A stretch of 33,972 nt of DNA. Source: Acidimicrobiia bacterium. GTDB lineage: Bacteria > Actinomycetota > Acidimicrobiia > Acidimicrobiales > GCA-2861595. The notes beneath the pieces are model-generated. The model made no database searches. It was not told the origin of the DNA and saw only the letters and a list, made by a program, of their open reading frames with translations. Below are positions 25,643 through 32,888 of this stretch, one piece after another. How positions within the stretch are numbered: position 1 is the first letter of the stretch; each line of letters opens with the position of its first letter. The stretch is taken from NCBI GenBank assembly GCA_046566225.1, contig JBKHXC010000307.1, forward strand, positions 1-33,972, given 5' to 3'. Both the position numbers and the translations under genes were made by a program.

Positions 25643-26299
25643 TCAGGCCGGCAGGCGGGCCGGCGGGGCCTCGTCGTCGCGCAGGTGGCCCTCCAGCTTG
25701 CGCTTGATGCGCTGGAGGGCGTTGTCGATCGACTTCACGTGGCGGCCCAGCTGCTCGCTGATCTCCTGGTACGACTTGCCCTCCACGTACAGCCGCAGCA
25801 CGTCCACCTCCAGGCCCGACAGCGCCTCGCCGATGGAGCGGCGCATGGCGGCCAGGCGCTCGTTGGAGACGACCGTGTCGGCCGGGTCGGGCACGGCCAG
25901 CGGGTCCAGCACGTCCTCCAGCGAGCGCTCGCCGGCGTCCTCGCCGCCCCGGGCGCCGGAGAGGGACACGTACTGGTTGAGCGGCCGGTGCTTGTGGCGG
26001 GTGGCCGACTTCACGGCGCTGATGACCTGGCGGGTGATGCACAGCTCGGCGAAGGCCCGGAAGGACGACTCCCGGTCGGGCCGGAAGTCCCGCGCCGCCT
26101 TGAACAGCCCGATCATCCCCTCCTGCTCGATGTCGTCGGTGTCGCCGCCCGCCAGGAAGTAGCTGCGGGCCCTGACCCTGGCGAAGCGGCGGTAGCGCTC
26201 CAGCAGGGCCAGCAGGGCGCCGGCCTCGCCGGCGTGGTACCTCCGCACGAGCTCGGCGTCGGCCAGCTCGACGAGGGCCAGGTCACAGCGGGTCGGCAT
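25643..26299 (-). CDS. sigH: sigma-70 family sigma factor of the Bacillus SigH (Spo0H) type (not the mycobacterial ECF SigH)
   Basis: 218 aa. RARSYFLAGGDTDDIEQEGMIGLFKAARDFRPDRESSFRAFAELCITRQVISAVKSATRHKHRPLNQYVSL and SYQEISEQLGRHVKSIDNALQRIKRKLE closely parallel B. subtilis SigH as I remember it (KARSYFLIGADREDIVQEGMIGLYKSIRDF...FAELCITRQIITAIKTATRQKHIPLN...SYQEISDELNRHVKSIDNALQRVKRKLE). Confidence 0.85.
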   Translation of the reverse strand: MPTRCDLALVELADAELVRRYHAGEAGALLALLERYRRFARVRARSYFLAGGDTDDIEQEGMIGLFKAARDFRPDRESSFRAFAELCITRQVISAVKSATRHKHRPLNQYVSLSGARGGEDAGERSLEDVLDPLAVPDPADTVVSNERLAAMRRSIGEALSGLEVDVLRLYVEGKSYQEISEQLGRHVKSIDNALQRIKRKLEGHLRDDEAPPARLPA

Positions 26300-26378
26300 C
26301 TGGTGTGCTCCTGCGGTGGTGTGAAGAGAGTCCGAAGTACTGCGGTTTGCGACGAGGGCTTGCGGGTAGGACTAGTCA

Positions 26379-26407
26379 TTTGTAGCTACGGCCCCCCCGG
26401 GTGTCAA
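26379..26407 (-). promoter_or_regulatory. candidate sigma-70-type promoter for the sigH-type gene
   Basis: Minus strand: TTGACA (26407..26402), 17-nt spacer, TACAAA (26384..26379). It sits in the only AT-enriched patch of the 231-nt intergenic region, about 80 nt upstream of the ATG. Confidence 0.4.
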
Positions 26408-26530
26408 TGGCCCGGCCGGCGCCCCGGCCGTGGCCCCGGGGTGCGAACCGGGAGGGCGGTGGACCAATGCCGCGAAGATCCGCGGCGGGGCGCCCCGGCC
26501 CGGGCGGAGCGAGCGGACGAGCTCGGCGCG

Positions 26531-27385
26531 CTAGCGGGCGCGGCGGCGGGCCAGCTCGAAGCAGGCCACCGCCCCCGCCGCCGCCACGTTCAGCGACGCC
26601 AGCGCGCCCCGCTGGGGGATGCCGGCCACCACGTCGCAGCGCCGGCGCACGAGCCGGGACAGCCCGCCGCCCTCGGCGCCGAGGACCAGCGCCACCGGCT
26701 CGGGCCCCAGCGGGAGGTCGAACACGCTCTGGGCGGCCCCGGCGTCGAGCCCCACCGTCCACACCCCGGCCCGGCCCAGGGCGGCGAGGGCGGTCGGCAT
26801 CCCGGGGACCACGGCGATGGGGAGGTGCTCGATCGCCCCGGCCGCCGCCTTGGCCACGGTGGGGGTGACGTGCACCGCCCGGTGGCGGGGCAGCACCGCG
26901 CCGGTGGCGCCGGCGCACGCCGCGGTGCGGAGGAGGGCGCCCAGGTTGTGGGGGTCGGTCACCCCGTCGAGCAGGAGCAGGAACGGCGGCTCGCCGCCGC
27001 CGGGCCGGGCCAGCTCCTCGAGGTCGGCCTCGGCCAGCGGGGCGGCCCGGGCCACCACGCCCTGGGGCGCGTCGGTGGCCGCCATGCCGTCGAGCCGGCC
27101 CCGGCCCACCGTGCGCACCGCCACCCGGGCGGCGGCCGCCAGGTCGAGGATCTCGGCCAGCACGGGAGACGGGTCCAGGCCCTCGGCCACGGACAGCTCG
27201 CGCACCCGCCGGCGGCCGGCGGCCAGCAGCTCGCGCACGGCGCGGCGCCCCTCCACCTGCTCGCCGCCCAGGCCCCGGGGGTCGCGGCCCCGGGGCCGGC
27301 GGGCCCCGGGGGGGCCGGCAGGGCCGGCCGGGGGGCGGCGGCGGGGCGGCGGGCGGGAGGGCCGGCGGCCGGCGGGGGGCGTCAC
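26531..27385 (-). CDS. rlmB: 23S rRNA (guanosine-2'-O)-methyltransferase RlmB (SpoU/TrmH family)
   Basis: R/P-rich N-terminal tail, SpoU substrate-binding domain (VEGRRAVRELL), and SpoU motifs DGVTDPHNLGALLRTA, LVLGAEGGGLS, IPQRGALASLNVAAAGAV. Confidence 0.85.
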   Translation of the reverse strand: MTPPAGRRPSRPPPRRRPPAGPAGPPGARRPRGRDPRGLGGEQVEGRRAVRELLAAGRRRVRELSVAEGLDPSPVLAEILDLAAAARVAVRTVGRGRLDGMAATDAPQGVVARAAPLAEADLEELARPGGGEPPFLLLLDGVTDPHNLGALLRTAACAGATGAVLPRHRAVHVTPTVAKAAAGAIEHLPIAVVPGMPTALAALGRAGVWTVGLDAGAAQSVFDLPLGPEPVALVLGAEGGGLSRLVRRRCDVVAGIPQRGALASLNVAAAGAVACFELARRRAR

Positions 27386-27404
27386 CGGCGGGGCGACCGG
27401 GCGG

Positions 27405-28508
27405 TCATCGGCGCACGACCAGGGCCACCGCGGTGCAGGCGACGCCCTCGCCCCGGCCCACCGCCCCCAGCCCCTCGGCCCGGGCCGCCTTCACGCTGAC
27501 CGGCGCCCCGACGGCGGCGCCCAGGGCCTTCTCCATGGCGTCGCGGTGGGGCGCCAGCCGGGGCCGCTCCAGCACCACGGTGCAGTCGACGTTGGCCGGC
27601 CGCCATCCCGCCTCCGCCACCCGGCGAGCGACCTCGGCCAGCAGGCCCAGGCTGTCGGCGCCGGCCCACGCCGGGTCGTCGTCGGGGAAGTGCCGGCCCA
27701 GGTCGCCCAGCCCGGCGGCCCCGAGCAGGGCGTCGGCCACCGCATGGGCCACCACGTCGGCGTCGCTGTGCCCGGCCAGCCCCCGCTCGCCCCCGAGCAC
27801 CACGCCGCCCAGGACCCGGGGGCGGGCCGGGTCGTCGCTGAAGCGGTGGACGTCGAACCCCTGGCCCACCCGGGGCGGCGTCCCGACGAACGCCTCGGCC
27901 ACGACCAGGTCGGCGGGCACGGTGACCTTGAGGTTGCCCGGCCCGCCGGGCACCACCACGACGGGCGTCCCCGCCGCCTCGAGCAGGGCGGCGTCGTCGC
28001 TGGCCTCGCCCTCGCCCTCGTGGGCGGCCCGCAGGGCGGCGGCCCGGAAGGCCTGGGGCGTCTGCACGGCCCACAGTCTGGTGCGGTCGAGGGTCCCCAC
28101 CACGGTGGTGCCGTCGACCTCCTTCACCGTGTCGGTCACGGGGACGGCGCACACCGCGCCCCCGGCGCCCCCCCGCACCGCCTCCACGCCGGCCCGGACC
28201 ATGGCCGGGGTGGCCAGCGGCCGGGCGGCGTCGTGGACGACCACCACCTCGGCCCCGGCGGGCACCGCGGCCAGGCCCCGGCGCACCGAGCCCGACCGGG
28301 TGGCGGCGCCGGCCACCACGGCGTCGGCCGCCGGCTCGGGGCGGCCGGCGGCCTCCGGGGGGACGACGAGGACGACCCCGTCGCTCGCCTCCCGGGCGGC
28401 GGCCAGCGACCAGTCGAGCACCCGGCGCCCGCCCAGGGCGGCGTACTGCTTGGGGCGGCCGAAGCGGGTGGACCCGCCCGCCGCCACCACGATGGTCCAC
28501 ACGCTCAC
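27405..28508 (-). CDS. ispDF: bifunctional 2-C-methyl-D-erythritol 4-phosphate cytidylyltransferase / 2-C-methyl-D-erythritol 2,4-cyclodiphosphate synthase (IspDF)
   Basis: IspD half: VVAAGGSTRFG, VHDAARP, VQTPQAF. IspF half: GQGFDVHRF, GHSDADVVAHAV, and the end motif ...KAARAEGLGAVGRGEG. One continuous 367-aa ORF. GTG 28508 is preceded by GAGGAGGGG. Confidence 0.9.
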   Translation of the reverse strand: MSVWTIVVAAGGSTRFGRPKQYAALGGRRVLDWSLAAAREASDGVVLVVPPEAAGRPEPAADAVVAGAATRSGSVRRGLAAVPAGAEVVVVHDAARPLATPAMVRAGVEAVRGGAGGAVCAVPVTDTVKEVDGTTVVGTLDRTRLWAVQTPQAFRAAALRAAHEGEGEASDDAALLEAAGTPVVVVPGGPGNLKVTVPADLVVAEAFVGTPPRVGQGFDVHRFSDDPARPRVLGGVVLGGERGLAGHSDADVVAHAVADALLGAAGLGDLGRHFPDDDPAWAGADSLGLLAEVARRVAEAGWRPANVDCTVVLERPRLAPHRDAMEKALGAAVGAPVSVKAARAEGLGAVGRGEGVACTAVALVVRR

Positions 28509-28546
28509 CCGCCCCTCCTCGCCCCGCGGGGCGCCGGCCGGCGAGT

Positions 28547-28592
28547 GTCGACCTCATTCGTTCGCTCCGCTCACTCCATTCGGTCGAGTTGG
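28547..28592 (-). repeat. interspersed ~46-nt repeat, copy B (sense on minus strand), in the ispDF 5' leader
   Basis: The reverse complement is CCAACTCGACCGAATGGAGTGAGCGGAGCGAACGAATGAGGTCGAC, with 42/44 identity to copy A. It lies 39 nt upstream of the ispDF GTG. Confidence 0.8.
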
Positions 28593-28702
28593 ATCGTGCT
28601 CCGGCGGGCGAGCAGAGCTCGCGCCGCCTCCGCCCTGTCCCTTCCGGTGTCCGCAGCCGGAGAGGCCGCCGGCGGCGGCGAGTGCGGCCACGGACCGACG
28701 CA

Positions 28703-28749
28703 TCGGCCTCGTTCGTCCGCCTCGCCCACTCCATCTCGGTCGATGTTGG
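28703..28749 (-). repeat. interspersed repeat, degenerate copy C1 (sense on minus strand)
   Basis: TCGGCCTCGTTCGTCCGCCTCGCCCACTCCATCTCGGTCGATGTTGG aligns to copy B over its full length, at roughly 80 % identity with two 1-nt indels. Confidence 0.6.
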
Positions 28750-28755
28750 AACGGG

Positions 28756-28777
28756 GCGAACGAATGAGGTCGACGCC
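28756..28777 (+). repeat. interspersed repeat, 3' half-copy C2 (opposite orientation to C1)
   Basis: GCGAACGAATGAGGTCGACGC (28756..28776) is 21/21 identical to 9467..9487. It abuts the stop codon of the PIN-TRAM gene, just as copy A abuts the hemQ stop. Confidence 0.7.
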
Positions 28778-29833
28778 CTACCCGTCGGCCGCCATGGAGG
28801 CGAAGAGCATCCGCCCCACCGACGTCTCCACCTTGCTGGTGATGCGGACGTCCACCTCGGAGCCCACCAGGTCGGCGGCGCCGCCGACGACGACCATCGT
28901 GCCGTCCTCCAGGAAGCCCACGCCCTGGCCCGGCTCCCGGCCCTCGCGCACGATGGGGAGGCGGGCCCGCTCCCCGGGCAGGTACACCGGGCGCAGGCCG
29001 TCGGCCAGGCGGCGCAGGCTCAGGCAGCGCACGCCCTGGAGCTCGGCGGCCCGCACCAGGCCGTCGTCGAGGACCAGCAGGCCGGCCCCCAGCCGGCGGG
29101 CCAGGGCGACCAGCCGGGCGTCGGCGTCGTCGTGCTCGGGCACCTCGTCGTCGAGCACGTGGACGGTGACGCCCGGCTGCCCCCGCAGGGCGTCGAGGAT
29201 CTCCAGGCCCCGCCGGCCCCGGCGGCGGCGGGCCGGGTCGGACGACGCGGCGATGGCCTCCAGGTCGTCGAGCACGAAGCGGGGGACGAGCACCGCGTCG
29301 CGCAGGAACCCGGACCGGGCCAGCGCCAGCAGCCGGCCGTCCACCACGGTGGCGGCGTCGACGACCACCCCGGCCGCCTCGCCGCCACCGTAGGAGGTGG
29401 CCCGCACCAGCGGGCGGGAGGACAGCCCGGCCATGGCCAGGAGCTGGTCGCTCTTGCGGGCGCCGAGGCGGAAGCCGAGGAAGGCGCCCACCCACACGAC
29501 CAGGCCGACGGCGGACCACCCGGCCTGGGGCGGGAACACGAAGGCGGCGGGCAGCACCACCACCCCGGCCAGGCCGCCGAGGACCACCGACCCCACCCCG
29601 CCGGCCAGGAGCCGGTGGGCGGGGGCGGTGTCGATGCGGCGCTCGGCCGCCCCCATGGCGACGTCGAGCAGCCGGCCGAGGACGCCGCCGGCCACGTAGC
29701 CCACGCACGCCCCCAGGGTGGCGCCCACGATCGCCCCCGTCCCCGGGTCGGGGGCGCCCCGCCCGTCGCCCACCGCGAAGCCGGCGGCGGTGGCCAGGAA
29801 GACGATGAACAGCCGGACCACCTCGACGAACAC
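28778..29833 (-). CDS. PIN/TRAM-domain integral membrane protein (YacL-like)
   Basis: Four N-terminal TM segments, a PIN-like core (VVDAATVVDGRLLAL...VPRFVLDDLE...LVLDDGL), and a C-terminal TRAM-like barrel (GQGVGFLEDGTMVVVGG...VDVRITSKVETSVGRMLFA). It occupies the yacL position between disA/carD and ispD. Confidence 0.75.
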   Translation of the reverse strand: MFVEVVRLFIVFLATAAGFAVGDGRGAPDPGTGAIVGATLGACVGYVAGGVLGRLLDVAMGAAERRIDTAPAHRLLAGGVGSVVLGGLAGVVVLPAAFVFPPQAGWSAVGLVVWVGAFLGFRLGARKSDQLLAMAGLSSRPLVRATSYGGGEAAGVVVDAATVVDGRLLALARSGFLRDAVLVPRFVLDDLEAIAASSDPARRRRGRRGLEILDALRGQPGVTVHVLDDEVPEHDDADARLVALARRLGAGLLVLDDGLVRAAELQGVRCLSLRRLADGLRPVYLPGERARLPIVREGREPGQGVGFLEDGTMVVVGGAADLVGSEVDVRITSKVETSVGRMLFASMAADG

Positions 29834-29880
29834 GCAATCCCTATCGGCCCCCGGGGGAGGCCGCTGGAGCGCGGCCGGGG

Positions 29881-30369
29881 CTACGGCAGCGCGTCGTTGA
29901 GCTTCTGCTCCGCCTCTTCCTCGGTCACCCCGATGGCGAAGGTGAGCTCGGACACCAGGATCTGGCGGGCCCGGGTGAGCATCCGCTTCTCCCCGGCCGA
30001 CAGCCCCTTGTCCTTGTCGCGGATCGAGAGGTTCCGCACGACCTCGGCCACCTGGTAGATGTCGCCCGACTTCAGCTTCTCGACGTGGTTCTTGTAGCGG
30101 CGCGACCAGTTGGTGGGCATCCGCGCCTCCTTCTTGCGAAGGACGGCGAACACCTCCTCGACCTCCTCGTCGTTGATGACCTCGCGCAGCCCGACCTCGT
30201 CGGTGTTGTCGCAGGGCACCATCAGCGTGAGGTCGCCGTAGGCCAGCTTGAGGACCAGGTACTCCCTGGTCTCCCCGAAGACCTCCTTCTGCTCCCGCTT
30301 CTCGATCACCGCCGCCCCGTGGTGGGGGTACACGACCTTGTCACCGACGCCGAACGCAGTTTCAGGCAT
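29881..30369 (-). CDS. carD: CarD-family RNA polymerase-binding transcription regulator
   Basis: 162 aa. FGVGDKVVYPHHGAAVIEKREQKEVFGETREYLVLKL, NWSRRYKNHVEKLKSGDIYQVAEVVRNL, LSAGEKRMLTRARQIL. This is near-canonical CarD. Confidence 0.95.
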   Translation of the reverse strand: MPETAFGVGDKVVYPHHGAAVIEKREQKEVFGETREYLVLKLAYGDLTLMVPCDNTDEVGLREVINDEEVEEVFAVLRKKEARMPTNWSRRYKNHVEKLKSGDIYQVAEVVRNLSIRDKDKGLSAGEKRMLTRARQILVSELTFAIGVTEEEAEQKLNDALP

Positions 30370-30475
30370 GCCGCTCCCGGTTGGACGAAGAAGGGATGGG
30401 CCAAGGGTACAAGGGCCGCCCGAGAGCGGACAACTCGACCGCGACCCCCACCGGCGGGCCTACGCTTCGCCGCCG

Positions 30476-31135
30476 ATGCCCGCCGCCCTCCTGGCCTGCT
30501 GCCCGCTGTTCGCGGTGCTCGGCGAGGACCGCCTCGCCGAGGTGGCGGCGTCGGCCCGGCCCGTCGAGGCCCGGCGGGGCGAGGCGGTGTTCGACCAGGG
30601 CGACGAGGCGGGCGCCGTCTACGTGGTGGTGTCGGGGCGGGTGGCCATCGTCAAGCGGGCGGGCGAGGGCGCCCGCGACTCCGTCGTGGCGCTGATGGAG
30701 CCGGGCGACGTGTTCGGCGAGATGGGGCTCTTCGACGGCGGCGGCCGCTCGGGGCAGGCCCGCGCCCTCGAGGCCTGCCGGCTGCTGGAGGTCCCCTACC
30801 CCGCCGTCCGGCAGGCCCTGGAGGCCGACCCCCGGGCCCTGTGGGCCGTCGTCGCCCTGCTGGCCGGGCGACTCCGCGCCACCGACGAGACGCTGGCCGA
30901 TGCCATGCTCCTCGACGTCCCCGGGCGCACGGCCAAGCGCCTGCTGGAGCTGGCCGGGCCGGACGGCCGGTTCTCGCCGTCGCTGACCCAGGAGGAGCTG
31001 GCGGGGATGATCGGGGCGTCGCGCGAGCGGGTCAACAAGGCCATCGCCGGCTTCGTGCGGCTGGGGTGGCTCGAGCAGTCGGGCCGGCGCTACCGCGTCC
31101 TGGACCCCGCCCGCCTGGCCGGGCGGGCCCGCTGA
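30476..31135 (+). CDS. Crp/Fnr family transcriptional regulator (cNMP-binding + HTH)
   Basis: ATG 30476: MPAALLACCPLFAVLGEDRLAEV.... cNMP-binding core GDVFGEMGLFDGGGRSGQARA. C-terminal HTH LTQEELAGMIGASRERVNKAIAGF. Confidence 0.85.
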   Translation: MPAALLACCPLFAVLGEDRLAEVAASARPVEARRGEAVFDQGDEAGAVYVVVSGRVAIVKRAGEGARDSVVALMEPGDVFGEMGLFDGGGRSGQARALEACRLLEVPYPAVRQALEADPRALWAVVALLAGRLRATDETLADAMLLDVPGRTAKRLLELAGPDGRFSPSLTQEELAGMIGASRERVNKAIAGFVRLGWLEQSGRRYRVLDPARLAGRAR

Positions 31136-31167
31136 GCGCTACCGGCCGCCCCACGCCCTCCGGGACG

Positions 31168-31809
31168 TCAGCTCAGGAAGGCCACCGCCCGCCGCCAGGC
31201 GTCGGCGGCGTCGTCGGGGCGGTGGGCGGGGCGGGAGGGGTCGTGCGCGAAGCCGTGCTCGGCCTCGGGGTAGCGGGCGATCTCGACGCCGGGCAGGGCG
31301 GCCAGCTCGGCGACGTCCTCCGGGGGCGTGAACGCGTCGAGGCCGCCAACGATGGCGAGCACCGGGCAGCGCCCGGGCCGGGCGAGCAGGTCGATGGGCT
31401 GGGCGTGGCCGGGGCGGGCCCAGGGCACCCGGATCATCCCGTAGAACGCCACCGCCTTGTCGAACCGGCCGCTGGCCGCCGCCTTGAGCGCCCACATGCC
31501 GCCCTGGCAGAAGCCGAGCACGGCCACCGGCTCCACGCCCAGGTGGTCGGCCCCCGCCACCAGGTCGCCGACCAGGCGGTCGTCGTCGTTGGACCCGACC
31601 TCCCGCTCCTCGCGGGGCAGGTCCTCGCGGCCGGGGAAGGGCTCCACCGCGCACACCGCCCACCCGTGGTCGGCGGCCAGGCGGGCGCACAGGTCGTCGA
31701 ACAGCGGGCGCAGCCCCATGATGTCGGGGGCCACCACCACGCCCCTCGCCGGCGCCGCCCCCGGGGTCGCCACCTCGGCCGGGGTGCCCGAGGGGAGCGT
31801 GACCCTCAC
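31168..31809 (-). CDS. dienelactone hydrolase family protein (alpha/beta hydrolase)
   Basis: GTG 31809 overlaps the disA stop as GTGA. RGVVVAPDIMGLRP, nucleophile elbow LGFCQGG (the Cys type seen in DLH), and the C-terminal HGFAH. The upstream 673 codons of the track ORF are shadow over disA/radA. Confidence 0.75.
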   Translation of the reverse strand: MRVTLPSGTPAEVATPGAAPARGVVVAPDIMGLRPLFDDLCARLAADHGWAVCAVEPFPGREDLPREEREVGSNDDDRLVGDLVAGADHLGVEPVAVLGFCQGGMWALKAAASGRFDKAVAFYGMIRVPWARPGHAQPIDLLARPGRCPVLAIVGGLDAFTPPEDVAELAALPGVEIARYPEAEHGFAHDPSRPAHRPDDAADAWRRAVAFLS

Positions 31810-32879
31810 GCGTAGCGGTCCAGGATCGACGTCTCCGCCAGGCGGGAGAGGCCCTCCTTGATGGCCCGGGCCCGCACCTCGCCCACGCCGTCCACGTCGT
31901 CGAGCTCGTCGGTGCCGGCCCGCAGCACCTTCTGGAGGGTGCCGAAGCGGGCGACGATGTTCTCGATGATCGACTCGGGCAGGCGGGGGATCTTCGACAG
32001 GAGCCGGTACCCGCGGGGCTGGACCCCGGCCTCCAGCTCGGCCGAGTCGGCCGGCAGGTGCAGCACCCCCGCCACCGACTTGAGGTCCAGCAGGTCCTCG
32101 GTGGTCAGGGCCGACAGGGCCTCCATGGCCTTGTCGAGGCGCCAGCGGGGGCGGTCCTGGTAGTAGTCCTTGATCACCAGCCGGCGGTCGTCCTCCACGC
32201 CGCCCATCAGCTCCTCCAGCTGGAGCAGCACCAGCCGGCCGTCGGTGCCCAGCTCGACGATGTAGCCGTCGATCTCCTCGGCGATGCGCCGCACCATCTC
32301 CGCCCGCTGGAGCACGGTGACGACGTCTCGGACGGTGACCAGGTCCTCCACCTCCAGCGCCGACAGGGCGCCGCTCACCGCGTCCAGCCGGGTCTTGTAG
32401 CGCTCCAGGGTCTGGAGGGCCTGGTTGGCCCGGGTGACCAGCCGGGGCACCAGCTCGAGCGGGTGCTTCCGGTCGTGGCGGTACACGGCGATGATCGACA
32501 TGTCCTCCGACACCGAGATGACGGGGACGTCCACCGAGCGGGCCACCCGCTCGGCCGTGCGGTGGCGGGTGCCGGTCTCCGAGGTGGGCACGTTGGGGTT
32601 CGGCACCAGGTGCACGTTGGCCCGGGCGATGCGGCTGGCGTCGGAGGCCAGGATGATGGCGCCGTCCATCTTGGCCAGCTCCGAGAGCCGCTGGGGGCTG
32701 AACTCGGCGTCCAGCAGGAAGCCGCCCGAGCAGATGGCCAGGACCTCGGGCCCGTCGCCGACGACGATGAGGGCGCCCATGTTGGCCTGCAGGATGCGGT
32801 CGAGGCCTTCGCGCAGTGGGCGCCCGGGTGCCACGGCGCCCAGGGCCTCGGTCATGGCCGTACTGCGCCGGCTGAGCAC
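31806..32879 (-). CDS. disA: DNA integrity scanning protein DisA (diadenylate cyclase)
   Basis: DAC-domain motifs MDGAIILASD (DGA) and GTRHRTAERV (RHR), a linker helical domain, and a C-terminal HhH (VDGVGEVRARAIKEGL). Start GTG 32879, or ATG 32855. Confidence 0.93.
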   Translation of the reverse strand: MLSRRSTAMTEALGAVAPGRPLREGLDRILQANMGALIVVGDGPEVLAICSGGFLLDAEFSPQRLSELAKMDGAIILASDASRIARANVHLVPNPNVPTSETGTRHRTAERVARSVDVPVISVSEDMSIIAVYRHDRKHPLELVPRLVTRANQALQTLERYKTRLDAVSGALSALEVEDLVTVRDVVTVLQRAEMVRRIAEEIDGYIVELGTDGRLVLLQLEELMGGVEDDRRLVIKDYYQDRPRWRLDKAMEALSALTTEDLLDLKSVAGVLHLPADSAELEAGVQPRGYRLLSKIPRLPESIIENIVARFGTLQKVLRAGTDELDDVDGVGEVRARAIKEGLSRLAETSILDRYA

Positions 32880-32888
32880 GGCGCGATG

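Noticed and set aside
29848-29857. Perfect palindrome CCCCCGGGGG between the carD stop and the PIN-TRAM start
   Set aside because: A 10-nt G/C palindrome with no loop is expected by chance in DNA of this composition. There is no flanking structure or repeat.
30431-30440. 10-nt match (CAACTCGACC) to the 5' end of the interspersed repeat, in the carD/crp intergenic region
   Set aside because: Only the terminal 10 nt match and the rest of the element is absent. This is too short to distinguish from chance.
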